Below, one piece after another: positions 38,835 through 47,852 of a stretch of DNA of 48,490 nt (position 1 is its first letter; each line of letters begins with the position of its first letter). Source of the DNA: Lambdavirus PDP110P1; sequence record OZ035751.1, one strand, 5' to 3'. The notes beneath the pieces are model-generated. The model saw only the letters and a list, made by a program, of their open reading frames with translations. It was not told the DNA's origin and ran no database searches. The position numbers and the translations under genes are program-made.

Positions 38835-39053
38835 ATGAACAAAATTGCCCAGCAGCGAAAAAAAATCGGAGTTTCGCAAGCTGTACTAGCTTCAGCAATT
38901 GGTTGGGGGCAATCCCGCATCGCCAACTATGAGCTGAATATCCGTACTCCTGGCCTTAACGATTGCCGAATGATCGTAGAAGGCCTCAGGAAGTTAGGGT
39001 GCCAATGTTCTTTGGATGATGTTTTCCCTCCATCCAGTAACAAAGCCGCCTAA
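38835..39053 (+). CDS. cro: Cro-like repressor
   Basis: 72 aa from ATG 38835 (RBS GGGAGA); HTH …IGVSQAVLASAIGWGQSRIANYEL…. Confidence 0.7.
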   Translation: MNKIAQQRKKIGVSQAVLASAIGWGQSRIANYELNIRTPGLNDCRMIVEGLRKLGCQCSLDDVFPPSSNKAA

Positions 39054-39060
39054 GCAGTAC

Positions 39061-39101
39061 CCGCTCTTTAACAGTCATGGCCTTTCACCTCTAACCGGGT
39101 G
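39061..39101 (+). promoter_or_regulatory. nutR (boxA and boxB)
   Basis: boxA CGCTCTTTAA, then hairpin TCACC-TCTAACCG-GGTGA; loop shares CTAACC with nutL. Confidence 0.6.
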
Positions 39102-39170
39102 AGCAAACATCAGCGGCAAATCCATTGGGTGTGCCGCTATAACTCAATATCAATATAGGAAAATTAACAA

Positions 39171-39467
39171 ATGGCACAAGCAAGCTACAGCAAGCCAACA
39201 CAGCGAGAAATTGATCGCGCTGAAACTGATTTACTCATCAACCTGTCAACGCTTACCCAGCGCGGTCTGGCAAAGATGATTGGCTGTCATGAATCGAAGA
39301 TAAGCAGAACGGACTGGAGATTTATTGCTTCGGTCTTGTGTGCTTTCGGAATGGCATCAGACATCAGTCCGATTAGCAGGGCTTTTAAGTATGCGCTTGA
39401 TGGACTCACCAATAAAAAACGCCCGGCGGCAACCGAGCGTTCTGAACAAATCCAGATGGAATTCTGA
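39171..39467 (+). CDS. cII: CII transcriptional activator
   Basis: 98 aa; C-terminus …LTNKKRPAATERSEQIQMEF matches lambda CII, N-terminal two-thirds divergent. Confidence 0.8.
   Translation: MAQASYSKPTQREIDRAETDLLINLSTLTQRGLAKMIGCHESKISRTDWRFIASVLCAFGMASDISPISRAFKYALDGLTNKKRPAATERSEQIQMEF
39412..39440 (-). terminator. oop-type terminator antisense to the cII 3' end
   Basis: on - strand a GC-rich hairpin followed by TTTTTTATT, at the position of the lambda oop terminator. Confidence 0.45.
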
Positions 39468-39499
39468 GGTCATTACTGGATCAATCCACAGGAGTCATT

Positions 39500-40399
39500 A
39501 TGACAAATACAGCAAAAATACTCAACTTCTGCAGAGGTAACTTTGCCAAACAGGAGCGTAATGTGGCAGATCTCGATGATGGTTACGCCAGACTATCAAA
39601 TATGCTGCTTGAGGCTTATTCAGGCGCAGATCTGACCAAGCGACAGTTTAAAGTGCTGCTTGCCATTCTGCGTAAAACCTATGGGTGGAATAAACCAATG
39701 GACAGAATCACCGATTCTCAACTTAGCGAGATTACAAAGTTACCCGTCAAACGGTGCAATGAAGCCAAGTTAGAACTCGTCAGAATGAATATTATCAAGC
39801 AGCAATGCGGCATGTTTGGACCAAATAAAAACATCTCAGAATGGTGCATCCCTCAAAACGAGGGAAAATCCCTTAAAACGAGGGATAAAACATCCCTCAA
39901 ATTGGGGGATTGCTATCCCTCAAAACAGGGGGACACAAAAGACACTATTACAAAAGAAAAAAGAAAAGATTATTCGTCAGAGAATTCTGGCAAATCCTCT
40001 GACCAGCCAGAAAACGACCTTTCTGTGGTGAAACCGGATGCTGCAATTCAGAGCGGCAGCAAGTGGGGGACAGCAGAAGACCTGACCGCCGCAGAGTGGA
40101 TGTTTGACATGGTGAAGACTATCGCACCATCAGCCAGAAAACCGAATTTTGCTGGGTGGGCTAACGATATCCGCCTGATGCGTGAACGTGACGGACGTAA
40201 CCACCGCGACATGTGCGTGCTGTTCCGCTGGGCATGCCAGGACAACTTCTGGTCCGGTAACGTGCTTAGCCCGGCCAAACTCCGCGACAAGTGGACCCAA
40301 CTCGAAATCAACCGTAACAAGCAACAGGCTGGCGTGACAGCAGGAAAATCAAAACTCGACCTGACAAACACTGACTGGATTTACGGGGTGGATTTATGA
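39500..40399 (+). CDS. O: replication initiator O
   Basis: 299 aa MTNTAKILNF…, recognised as lambda O; contains the ori iterons. Confidence 0.95.
   Translation: MTNTAKILNFCRGNFAKQERNVADLDDGYARLSNMLLEAYSGADLTKRQFKVLLAILRKTYGWNKPMDRITDSQLSEITKLPVKRCNEAKLELVRMNIIKQQCGMFGPNKNISEWCIPQNEGKSLKTRDKTSLKLGDCYPSKQGDTKDTITKEKRKDYSSENSGKSSDQPENDLSVVKPDAAIQSGSKWGTAEDLTAAEWMFDMVKTIAPSARKPNFAGWANDIRLMRERDGRNHRDMCVLFRWACQDNFWSGNVLSPAKLRDKWTQLEINRNKQQAGVTAGKSKLDLTNTDWIYGVDL
39846..39980 (+). repeat. lambda-type origin: iterons plus AT-rich region
   Basis: four direct repeats of the TCCCTCAAAACGAGGGA type followed by an A/T-rich stretch, inside O. Confidence 0.85.
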
Positions 40400-41097
40400 A
40401 AAACATCGCCGCACAGATGGTTAACTTTGACCGTGAGCAGATGCGCCGGATCGCCAACAACATGCCGGAACAGTACGACGAAAAGCCGCAGGTACAGCAG
40501 GTAGCGCAGATCATCAATGGTGTGTTCAGCCAGTTACTGGCAACTTTCCCGGCGAGCCTGGCTAACCGGGACCAGAACGAACTGAACGAAATCCGCCGCC
40601 AGTGGGTGCTGGCTTTCCGGGAAAACGGGATCACCACAATGGAACAGGTTAACGCAGGAATGCGCGTAGCCCGTCGGCAGAATCGACCATTTCTGCCATC
40701 ACCCGGGCAGTTTGTTGCATGGTGCCGGGAAGAAGCATCCGTTATCGCCGGACTGCCAAACGTCAGCGAGCTGGTTGATATGGTTTACGAGTATTGCCGG
40801 AAGCGAGGCCTGTATCCGGATGCGGAGTCTTATCCGTGGAAATCAAACGCGCACTACTGGCTGGTTACCAACCTGTATCAGAACATGCGGGCCAATGCGC
40901 TTACTGATGCGGAATTACGCCGTAAGGCCGCAGATGAGCTTGTCCATATGACTGCGAGAATTAACCGTGGTGAGGCGATCCCTGAACCAGTAAAACAACT
41001 TCCTGTCATGGGCGGTAGACCTCTAAATCGTGCACAGGCTCTGGCGAAGATCGCAGAAATCAAAGCTAAGTTCGGACTGAAAGGAGCAAGTGTATGA
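40396..41097 (+). CDS. P: replication protein P (helicase loader)
   Basis: 233 aa MKNIAAQMVNFDREQMRRIANNMPEQ…, recognised as lambda P. Confidence 0.95.
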   Translation: MKNIAAQMVNFDREQMRRIANNMPEQYDEKPQVQQVAQIINGVFSQLLATFPASLANRDQNELNEIRRQWVLAFRENGITTMEQVNAGMRVARRQNRPFLPSPGQFVAWCREEASVIAGLPNVSELVDMVYEYCRKRGLYPDAESYPWKSNAHYWLVTNLYQNMRANALTDAELRRKAADELVHMTARINRGEAIPEPVKQLPVMGGRPLNRAQALAKIAEIKAKFGLKGASV

Positions 41098-41384
41098 CGG
41101 GCAAAGAGGCAATTATTCATTACCTGGGGACGCATAATAGCTTCTGTGCGCCGGACGTTGCCGCGCTAACAGGCGCAACAGTAACCAGCATAAATCAGGC
41201 CGCGGCTAAAATGGCACGGGCAGGTCTTCTGGTTATCGAAGGTAAGGTCTGGCGAACGGTGTATTACCGGTTTGCTACCAGGGAAGAACGGGAAGGAAAG
41301 ATGAGCACGAACCTGGTTTTTAAGGAGTGTCGCCAGAGTGCCGCGATGAAACGGGTATTGGCGGTATATGGAGTTAAAAGATGA
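41094..41384 (+). CDS. ren: Ren
   Basis: 96 aa MTGKEAIIHYLGTHNSFCAPDVAALTG…, recognised as lambda Ren. Confidence 0.85.
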   Translation: MTGKEAIIHYLGTHNSFCAPDVAALTGATVTSINQAAAKMARAGLLVIEGKVWRTVYYRFATREEREGKMSTNLVFKECRQSAAMKRVLAVYGVKR

Positions 41385-41457
41385 CCATCTACATTACTGA
41401 GCTAATAACAGGCCTGCTGGTAATCGCAGGCCTTTTTATTTGGGGGAGAGGGAAGTC

Positions 41458-41898
41458 ATGAAAAAACTAACCTTTGAAATTCGATCTCCAGCACATCAGC
41501 AAAACGCTATTCACGCAGTACAGCAAATCCTTCCAGACCCAACCAAACCAATCGTAGTAACCATTCAGGAACGCAACCGCAGCTTAGACCAAAACAGGAA
41601 GCTATGGGCCTGCTTAGGTGACGTCTCTCGTCAGGTTGAATGGCATGGTCGCTGGCTGGATGCAGAAAGCTGGAAGTGTGTGTTTACCGCAGCATTAAAG
41701 CAGCAGGACGTTGTTCCTAACCTTGCCGGGAATGGCTTTGTGGTAATAGGCCAGTCAACCAGCAGGATGCGTGTAGGCGAATTTGCGGAGCTATTAGAGC
41801 TTATACAGGCATTCGGTACAGAGCGTGGCGTTAAGTGGTCAGACGAAGCGAGACTGGCTCTGGAGTGGAAAGCGAGATGGGGAGATCGGGCTGCATGA
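41458..41898 (+). CDS. ninB: NinB
   Basis: 146 aa from MKKLTFEIRSPAHQQNAIHAVQQ…. Confidence 0.85.
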   Translation: MKKLTFEIRSPAHQQNAIHAVQQILPDPTKPIVVTIQERNRSLDQNRKLWACLGDVSRQVEWHGRWLDAESWKCVFTAALKQQDVVPNLAGNGFVVIGQSTSRMRVGEFAELLELIQAFGTERGVKWSDEARLALEWKARWGDRAA

Positions 41899-42422
41899 CT
41901 ATCAAATCAAATACGCCAGCACACGACAAGGACTGCTGGCAAACGCCGCTTTGGCTTTTTGATGCACTGGATATTGAGTTTGGATTCTGGCTGGATTCGG
42001 CAGCGAGCGACAAAAATGCTCTGTGTGCTCACTGGCTAACTGAGGCCGACGACGCGCTCAATTCTGAGTGGGTAAGCCACGGTGCAATCTGGAATAACCC
42101 ACCGTACAGCAATATCAGGCCGTGGGTGGAAAAAGCCGCTGAGCAGTGCATACAACAGCGACAGACGGTAGTTATGCTTGTGCCAGAGGATATGTCAGTC
42201 GGATGGTTCAGCAAGGCTCTGGAGAGTGTCGACGAAGTTCGCATTATCACTGATGGACGGATTAATTTTATCGAACCATCGACAGGGCTGGAGAAGAAGG
42301 GAAACAGCAAAGGCTCCATGCTGCTGATTTGGCGACCGTTCATCAGTCCTCGACGGATGTTTACTACCGTATCCAAAGCGGCATTGATGGCGAACGGGCA
42401 GGGCGTCAGGAGGTACGAATGA
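41895..42422 (+). CDS. phage DNA N6-adenine methyltransferase (Dam-type)
   Basis: 175 aa from ATG 41895; NPPYS motif; ATGA overlap with ninB; sits where lambda carries ninC. Confidence 0.65.
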   Translation: MTIKSNTPAHDKDCWQTPLWLFDALDIEFGFWLDSAASDKNALCAHWLTEADDALNSEWVSHGAIWNNPPYSNIRPWVEKAAEQCIQQRQTVVMLVPEDMSVGWFSKALESVDEVRIITDGRINFIEPSTGLEKKGNSKGSMLLIWRPFISPRRMFTTVSKAALMANGQGVRRYE

Positions 42423-42595
42423 GACGACAGCGACGAAGTATCACCGACATCATCTGCGAAAACTGCAAATACCTTCCAACGAAACGCTCCAGAAATAAAC
42501 GCAAGCCAATCCCAAAAGAATCTGACGTAAAAACCTTCAATTACACGGCTCACCTGTGGGATATCCGGTGGCTAAGACATCGTGCGAGGAAATGA
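42419..42595 (+). CDS. ninE: NinE
   Basis: 58 aa [30 protein letters not shown]…. Confidence 0.7.
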   Translation: MRRQRRSITDIICENCKYLPTKRSRNKRKPIPKESDVKTFNYTAHLWDIRWLRHRARK

Positions 42596-42999
42596 CAATG
42601 CTTTTAATTCAACCTGGATTTGGCCTTAGCATCAAAAAAGGGCACATGTTTGGCGAGAAAGAATCTCAACGAAAAATGGTGTCGATACAGTTGCCATTTA
42701 TCAGTATTTATTGGCTAAACAGGGAGGCAACAAATTATTGGTATACATGCGCCAGAGCAGCATTTAACGACCCTGACTGGTTTGTGAAAAACCACCACGC
42801 AGTTCGTCAGGCAAAGAGAAAGGCCAATACGACATACATGAAGGCGTATCGAAAAGCATGGAAAGAACACTGCGATCGATACCAGCAAGATATGGAAAAG
42901 CTTGAATCAGAAAACATGGAATTAAGACGAAAGCTTGGTGAAGCAAAACGAGACATTGATGCTTACAAGCGACTTTTTAATGGTGAAAGCCATGCTTAG
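42556..42999 (+). CDS. hypothetical protein (nin-region insert)
   Basis: 147-aa ORF between ninE and ninF; C-terminal coiled-coil; start uncertain. Confidence 0.4.
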   Translation: MGYPVAKTSCEEMTMLLIQPGFGLSIKKGHMFGEKESQRKMVSIQLPFISIYWLNREATNYWYTCARAAFNDPDWFVKNHHAVRQAKRKANTTYMKAYRKAWKEHCDRYQQDMEKLESENMELRRKLGEAKRDIDAYKRLFNGESHA

Positions 43000-43168
43000 T
43001 CCATCCCAATCTCTTCAATACCAGAAAGAAAGCGTCGAGCGGGCTTTAACGTGCGCTAACTGCGGTCAGAAGCTGCATGTGCTGGAAGTTCACGTGTGTG
43101 AGCACTGCTGCGCAGAACTGATGAGCGATCCGAATAGCTCAATGCACGAGGAAGAAGATTATGGCTAA
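42992..43168 (+). CDS. ninF: NinF
   Basis: 58 aa [29 protein letters not shown]…. Confidence 0.75.
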   Translation: MLSPSQSLQYQKESVERALTCANCGQKLHVLEVHVCEHCCAELMSDPNSSMHEEEDYG

Positions 43169-43766
43169 ACCAGCGCGAAGGAAATGCAAAATATGCAAGG
43201 AATGGTTTCACCCGGCATTCTCAAATCAGTGGTGGTGCTGCCCGGAACACGGAACTCAGTTAGCACTCAAACTACAAAGTAAACAGCGAAAAAAAGCGGA
43301 AAAAGCAGCAGAGAAGAAACGACGACGAGAGGAGCAGAAACAGAAAGATAAACTTAAGATTCGAAAACTCGCCTTAAAACCCCGCAGTTACTGGATTAAA
43401 CAAGCCCAACAAGCCGTAAACGCCTTCATCAGAGAAAGAGACCGCGACTTACCATGTATCTCGTGCGGAACGCTCACGTCTGCTCAGTGGGATGCCGGGC
43501 ATTACCGGACAACTGCTGCGGCACCTCAACTCCGATTTGATGAACGCAATATTCACAAGCAATGCGTGGTGTGCAACCAGCACAAAAGCGGAAATCTCGT
43601 TCCGTATCGCGTCGAACTGATTAACCGCATCGGGCAGGAAGCAGTAGACGAAATCGAATCAAACCATAGCCGCCATCGCTGGACTGTCGAAGAGTGCAAG
43701 GCGATCAAGGCAGAGTACCAACAGAAACTCAAAGACCTGCGAAATAGCAGAAGTGAGGCCGCATGA
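43161..43766 (+). CDS. ninG: NinG (Rap) recombination endonuclease
   Basis: 201 aa; Cys-rich [18 protein letters not shown]…; lambda nin order. Confidence 0.85.
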   Translation: MAKPARRKCKICKEWFHPAFSNQWWCCPEHGTQLALKLQSKQRKKAEKAAEKKRRREEQKQKDKLKIRKLALKPRSYWIKQAQQAVNAFIRERDRDLPCISCGTLTSAQWDAGHYRTTAAAPQLRFDERNIHKQCVVCNQHKSGNLVPYRVELINRIGQEAVDEIESNHSRHRWTVEECKAIKAEYQQKLKDLRNSRSEAA

Positions 43767-43969
43767 CGTTCTCAGTAAAAACCATTCCAGACATGCTCGT
43801 TGAAGCATACGGAAACCAGACAGAAGTAGCACGCAGACTGAAATGTAGTCGCTGTACGGTCAGAAAATACGTTGATGATAAAGATGGGAAAATGCACGCC
43901 ATCGTCAACGACGTTCTCATGGTTCATCGCGGATGGAGTGAAAGAGATGCGCTATTACGAAAAAATTGA
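43763..43969 (+). CDS. ninH: NinH
   Basis: 68 aa [32 protein letters not shown]…. Confidence 0.8.
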   Translation: MTFSVKTIPDMLVEAYGNQTEVARRLKCSRCTVRKYVDDKDGKMHAIVNDVLMVHRGWSERDALLRKN

Positions 43970-44618
43970 TGGCAGCAAATACCGAAATATTTGGGTAGTT
44001 GGCGATCTGCACGGATGCTACACGAAACTGATGAAAAAACTGGAGACGATAGGATTCGACACCAAAAAAGACCTGCTTATCTCGGTTGGCGATTTGGTTG
44101 ATCGCGGTACAGAGAACGTCGAATGCCTGGAATTAATCACATTCCCCTTTTTCAGAGCTGTACGTGGAAACCATGAGCAAATGATGATTGATGGCTTATC
44201 AGAGCGTGGAAACGTCAATCACTGGCTGTTTAATGGCGGTGGCTGGTTCTTTAATCTCGATTACGACAAAGAAATTCTGGCTAAAGCTCTTGCCCATAAA
44301 GCAGATGAACTTCCGTTAATCATTGAACTGGTGAGTAAAGGTAAAAAATATGTCATCTGCCACGCCGATTATCCTTGTGACGAATACGAATTTGGAAAGC
44401 CAGTTGATTATCAGCAGGTAATCTGGAACCGCGAACGAATCAGCAACTCACAAGACGGGGTCGTGAAAGAAATCAAAGGCGCGGACACGTTCATCTTTGG
44501 TCATACGCCAGCAGTGAAACCACTCAAATTTGCCAACCAGATGTATATCGATACTGGGGCAGTGTTCTGCGGAAATCTCACATTGATTCAGGTACAGGGA
44601 GAAGGCGCATGGGAATAA
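43947..44618 (+). CDS. ninI: Ser/Thr protein phosphatase (NinI)
   Basis: 223 aa from MRYYEKIDG; calcineurin-like motifs GDLHG, GDLVDRG, GNHE. Confidence 0.85.
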   Translation: MRYYEKIDGSKYRNIWVVGDLHGCYTKLMKKLETIGFDTKKDLLISVGDLVDRGTENVECLELITFPFFRAVRGNHEQMMIDGLSERGNVNHWLFNGGGWFFNLDYDKEILAKALAHKADELPLIIELVSKGKKYVICHADYPCDEYEFGKPVDYQQVIWNRERISNSQDGVVKEIKGADTFIFGHTPAVKPLKFANQMYIDTGAVFCGNLTLIQVQGEGAWE

Positions 44619-45127
44619 GAGAATTAAACCTCACCAAAGAGCAGCACGAGTGGCTGAATGGCTGGCTTGAACTGTGGGGGGCATGGGTTTATTCAGGTCG
44701 TCTGGAAAAGCGCATGAGCAGCGTAATAGCTAAGTTCATGGAGAGCGTAGAGCCGGGAAGAGTTATGACAAGGCCAATGTGTAATGATGATGATGGAATG
44801 TTGATTTCTCAGGTCGTCGATTCCGTCATGTACATTGACAAGAAAGCCTTTGGCATCCTCCTCAGCTACTACGCTCATGGTTCATCTAAGCGAGCAATTG
44901 CATCCTACTATCACGCGACTGCAAAGCCACGCAAGATGTGTGGACGTGGTGGCGAGGGATGGAGAAAACCTTCACTGGCAACCTGTAGAAACGAAATTGA
45001 CGACATCCTGAAAGCGTCGTTATTTGTTTTGTACCAACCAATGCAAAATGCTTTCAAAATGCGTAAACGTGTTGAGAAAGTTAAGCATGTTGCTGTTAAA
45101 AGCCTTGACATGCAATTAGCCATTTAG
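44609..45127 (+). CDS. late antiterminator Q-like protein (non-lambda type)
   Basis: 172 aa, unlike lambda Q; sits between ninI and the lysis genes; Cys-rich; a strong promoter lies in its 3' end followed by an early terminator. Confidence 0.5.
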   Translation: MGIRELNLTKEQHEWLNGWLELWGAWVYSGRLEKRMSSVIAKFMESVEPGRVMTRPMCNDDDGMLISQVVDSVMYIDKKAFGILLSYYAHGSSKRAIASYYHATAKPRKMCGRGGEGWRKPSLATCRNEIDDILKASLFVLYQPMQNAFKMRKRVEKVKHVAVKSLDMQLAI

Positions 45128-45134
45128 CCATAAT
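45105..45134 (+). promoter_or_regulatory. late promoter pR'-like
   Basis: TTGACA-N18-CATAAT overlapping the end of the Q-like gene. Confidence 0.6.
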
Positions 45135-45146
45135 TAGAAGGTAAGC

Positions 45147-45190
45147 TGCCGTTAGTGACTCTTAAGTTGCAACGGTGGCTTTTTTATTTG
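45147..45190 (+). terminator. early late-operon terminator (tR'-like)
   Basis: hairpin GCCGTT…AACGGTGGC followed by TTTTTTATTT about 10-50 nt downstream of the predicted start. Confidence 0.5.
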
Positions 45191-45262
45191 CACAACAGGT
45201 AAGAGCATTGAACCCGCAGACCTGCGGAATTGGTGAAAGGTGCCGCGCAGTTCTCTTATCGT

Positions 45263-45392
45263 TGTGGTGAAGCTCAATGGCGAGCTAGCAGATAGGCGAT
45301 AGTGAAAATACTAGTCATGTAGCTGACCGCCGCGCGTACTGCAATCGGCAGCGCACCGATGGAAGCCGGTTCGATTCCGGCCGCCACAACCC
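45263..45392 (+). other. tRNA-like element (split or degenerate)
   Basis: 5' acceptor TGTGGTG plus D-arm GCTC…GAGC (45263-45286) and T-arm GCCGG-TTCGATT-CCGGC plus 3' acceptor CGCCACA (45365-45388), separated by ~55 nt of non-canonical sequence. Confidence 0.3.
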
Positions 45393-45634
45393 AAACTGAG
45401 CCGTAGCCACTGGCTATCCTGAATTCATCAGTGATAGTTATGCTGCGGCCTTCTACACATGACCTTCGTGAAAGCGGGTAGCAAGATGCTGCGCTAACAA
45501 CCTCATGCCGTTTTGCCCGTGCATATCGGTCACGAACAAATCTGATTACTAAACACAGTAGCCTGGATTTGTTCTATCAGTAATCGACCTTATTCCTAAT
45601 TAAATAGAGCAAATCCCCTTATTGGGGCTAAGAC

Positions 45635-45958
45635 ATGAAGATGCCAGAAAAACATGACCTGTTAGCCGCCATTCTCGCGGCAAAGGAACAAGGCATCGGG
45701 GCAATCCTTGCGTTTGCAATGGCGTACCTTCGCGGCAGATATAATGGCGGTGCGTTTACAAAAACAGTAATCGACGCAACGATGTGCGCCATTATCGCCT
45801 GGTTCATTCGTGACCTTCTCGACTTCGCCGGACTAAGTAGCAATCTCGCTTATATAACGAGCGTGTTCATCGGCTACATCGGTACTGACTCGATTGGTTC
45901 GCTTATCAAACGCTTCGCTGCTAAAAAAGCCGGAATAGAAGATGGTGGAAATCAATAA
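45635..45958 (+). CDS. S: holin S
   Basis: 107 aa [22 protein letters not shown]… with Met1-Lys2-Met3 dual start; recognised as lambda S. Confidence 0.9.
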   Translation: MKMPEKHDLLAAILAAKEQGIGAILAFAMAYLRGRYNGGAFTKTVIDATMCAIIAWFIRDLLDFAGLSSNLAYITSVFIGYIGTDSIGSLIKRFAAKKAGIEDGGNQ

Positions 45959-46418
45959 TCAACGTAAGGCGTTCCTCGATATGCTGGCGTGGTCAGAGGG
46001 AACTGATAACGGACGTCAGAAAACCAGAAATCATGGTTATGACGTCATTGTTGGCGGAGAGCTATTCACTGATTACTCCGATCACCCTCGCAAACTTGTC
46101 ACGCTAAACCCCAAACTCAAATCAACAGCCGCCGGACGCTACCAGCTTCTTTCCCGTTGGTGGGATGCATACCGCAAGCAGCTTGGCCTGAAAGACTTCT
46201 CTCCGAAAAGCCAGGACGCAGTGGCACTGCAACAGATTAAAGAGCGTGGCGCTTTACCGATGATTGACCGCGGTGATATTCGTCAGGCAATCGACCGTTG
46301 CAGCAATATCTGGGCTTCACTGCCGGGCGCTGGTTATGGCCAGTTCGAGCATAAGGCTGACAACCTGATTGCAAAATTCAAAGAGGCTGGCGGAACGGTC
46401 AGAGAGATTGAGGTATGA
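45942..46418 (+). CDS. R: endolysin R (lytic transglycosylase)
   Basis: 158 aa [26 protein letters not shown]…; recognised as lambda R. Confidence 0.9.
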   Translation: MVEINNQRKAFLDMLAWSEGTDNGRQKTRNHGYDVIVGGELFTDYSDHPRKLVTLNPKLKSTAAGRYQLLSRWWDAYRKQLGLKDFSPKSQDAVALQQIKERGALPMIDRGDIRQAIDRCSNIWASLPGAGYGQFEHKADNLIAKFKEAGGTVREIEV

Positions 46419-46882
46419 GCAGAGTAACCGCGATTATCTCAGCTCTGGTTATCTGCATCATCGTTTGCCTGTCATGGGCTGTTAATCATTACCGTGATAA
46501 CGCCATCGCCTACAAAGAGCAGCGCGATAACAAGGCCAGTGAACTGGAGAAGGTGAACGCCACCATTACTGACATGCAGCAGCGCCAGCGTGATGCTGAT
46601 GCACTCGATGCTAAATACACGAAGGAGTTAGCCGATGCAAAAGCTGAAAATGATGCTCTGCAGCGCAAGCTTGATAATGGTGGTCGGGTGCTCGTCAAAG
46701 GCAAGTGTCCAGTGTCAGCCGCAACCCAAACCACCGGCGCCGCCAGCATGGGCGATGATGCCACCGTCGAACTCTCTGCAGTTGCTGGACGAAACGTTCT
46801 TGGTATCCGATCCGGAATCGTCAGCGACCAAACAGCCCTGAGAGCGCTGCAGGAATACATCACCACGCAGTGTTTGAAATAA
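46415..46882 (+). CDS. Rz: spanin inner-membrane subunit Rz
   Basis: 155 aa; N-terminal TM helix then coiled-coil; lambda Rz-like. Confidence 0.85.
   Translation: MSRVTAIISALVICIIVCLSWAVNHYRDNAIAYKEQRDNKASELEKVNATITDMQQRQRDADALDAKYTKELADAKAENDALQRKLDNGGRVLVKGKCPVSAATQTTGAASMGDDATVELSAVAGRNVLGIRSGIVSDQTALRALQEYITTQCLK
46635..46841 (+). CDS. Rz1: spanin outer-membrane lipoprotein Rz1 (embedded in Rz, +1 frame)
   Basis: 68-aa ORF inside Rz; lipobox VVG-C; Pro-rich; RBS GAAGGAG. Confidence 0.7.
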   Translation: MQKLKMMLCSASLIMVVGCSSKASVQCQPQPKPPAPPAWAMMPPSNSLQLLDETFLVSDPESSATKQP

Positions 46883-46940
46883 GGCATTCATTGAATGCCT
46901 GTGATAATGTTTCCCCATGTACTAATCAAGCGGGAAAAAA

Positions 46941-47180
46941 ATGAATCAGGTCATTCTCATTCTTGAAGGGCAAAAGCCTCAGTCAATCAATGTCGCTGAT
47001 GGTATTAAATCAGTCAGGCATCTTCTTTCTGATGGACGTGAGGTGTGCATAGATATCATGACTGCTATCGTCAGGACTTCACACGGTGGGGAAGAGTCAT
47101 ACCTTGTCGCAACGGATATTGATGATATTTCTCCGCGAGAAATACAGCTCGCGGCGGAGTTATTGTTTCCCCGTACTTAA
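46941..47180 (+). CDS. hypothetical protein
   Basis: 79-aa ORF after the lysis cassette, followed by a weak terminator hairpin. Confidence 0.45.
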   Translation: MNQVILILEGQKPQSINVADGIKSVRHLLSDGREVCIDIMTAIVRTSHGGEESYLVATDIDDISPREIQLAAELLFPRT

Positions 47181-47202
47181 TTTTGACTCTTCGAAGCCAT
47201 CA

Positions 47203-47228
47203 CAAAGGCCACCCACGGGTGGCTTTCC
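47203..47228 (+). terminator. putative terminator hairpin
   Basis: GCCACC-CACG-GGTGGC followed by TTTCC; T-tract is weak. Confidence 0.4.
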
Positions 47229-47852
47229 TATGTTTAGTTCTGCAGACACACCGATCCCCGGAATGGAGGTTCCGTTCACGTGGCAGGCTAGCCTGGAGTT
47301 AAACGCGAAGCTTTACTCTGCGCTGGGGCAGTGCAATCTGGATAAGGCGGGGATTAGAAAGGTAGAGGAAGAACGCCGTAGTACTTTGCAATGATGCTGC
47401 AGATTAGGATGACGATGGCATTAATTGCCGGGGCAAACGGTGCCAATGTATTTAGTACTTCTAACATGTATACCTCCTTGGTTGTGAATGGTTGTCAGCG
47501 CTTCTCTTGTGTAACTTATTCCTCCTGTGGCTGTTCCTACTCGTTTAACATTAAAGGCCTTGAACGGTTATTTTTCGTTCTATACTCGCCACTATTGAGT
47601 GTCCAACGTGTTGGACAAGCCCTTCCTAATAGTGAGTCTTAATAGCTTCTGAGCAGTCTTTGTCTCTTATAAGAGACAAGCACATCCATGCCGGCAGACA
47701 AAGGTAGGTACCGAAAGAGGCGTTCAATAATTTTATAAAGTTCTGCAAATGATGCCTTTTTGTATCATTGACAGAGTTTTATGTGAGTTTACGGGTGCTG
47801 CGGTGTCGAAATTACCGAAATGGCATCAAAGCAACCCAGAGGATTATTCTGT

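Noticed and set aside
39846-39940. Possible CRISPR-like direct repeats
   Set aside because: The repeats are the lambda-type origin iterons inside O; there are no unique spacers and no cas genes. No CRISPR array was found in the window.
47391-47642. 83-aa plus-strand ORF (MMLQIRMTMALIAG…)
   Set aside because: Cys/Ser-rich random-looking composition and no RBS; it overlaps the better-supported minus-strand small ORF.
47660-47679. Resemblance of TGTCTCTTATA to the Tn5/IS50 end sequence
   Set aside because: Only an 11-nt match embedded in a perfect palindrome; no transposase gene or second inverted end nearby, so it is most likely coincidental.
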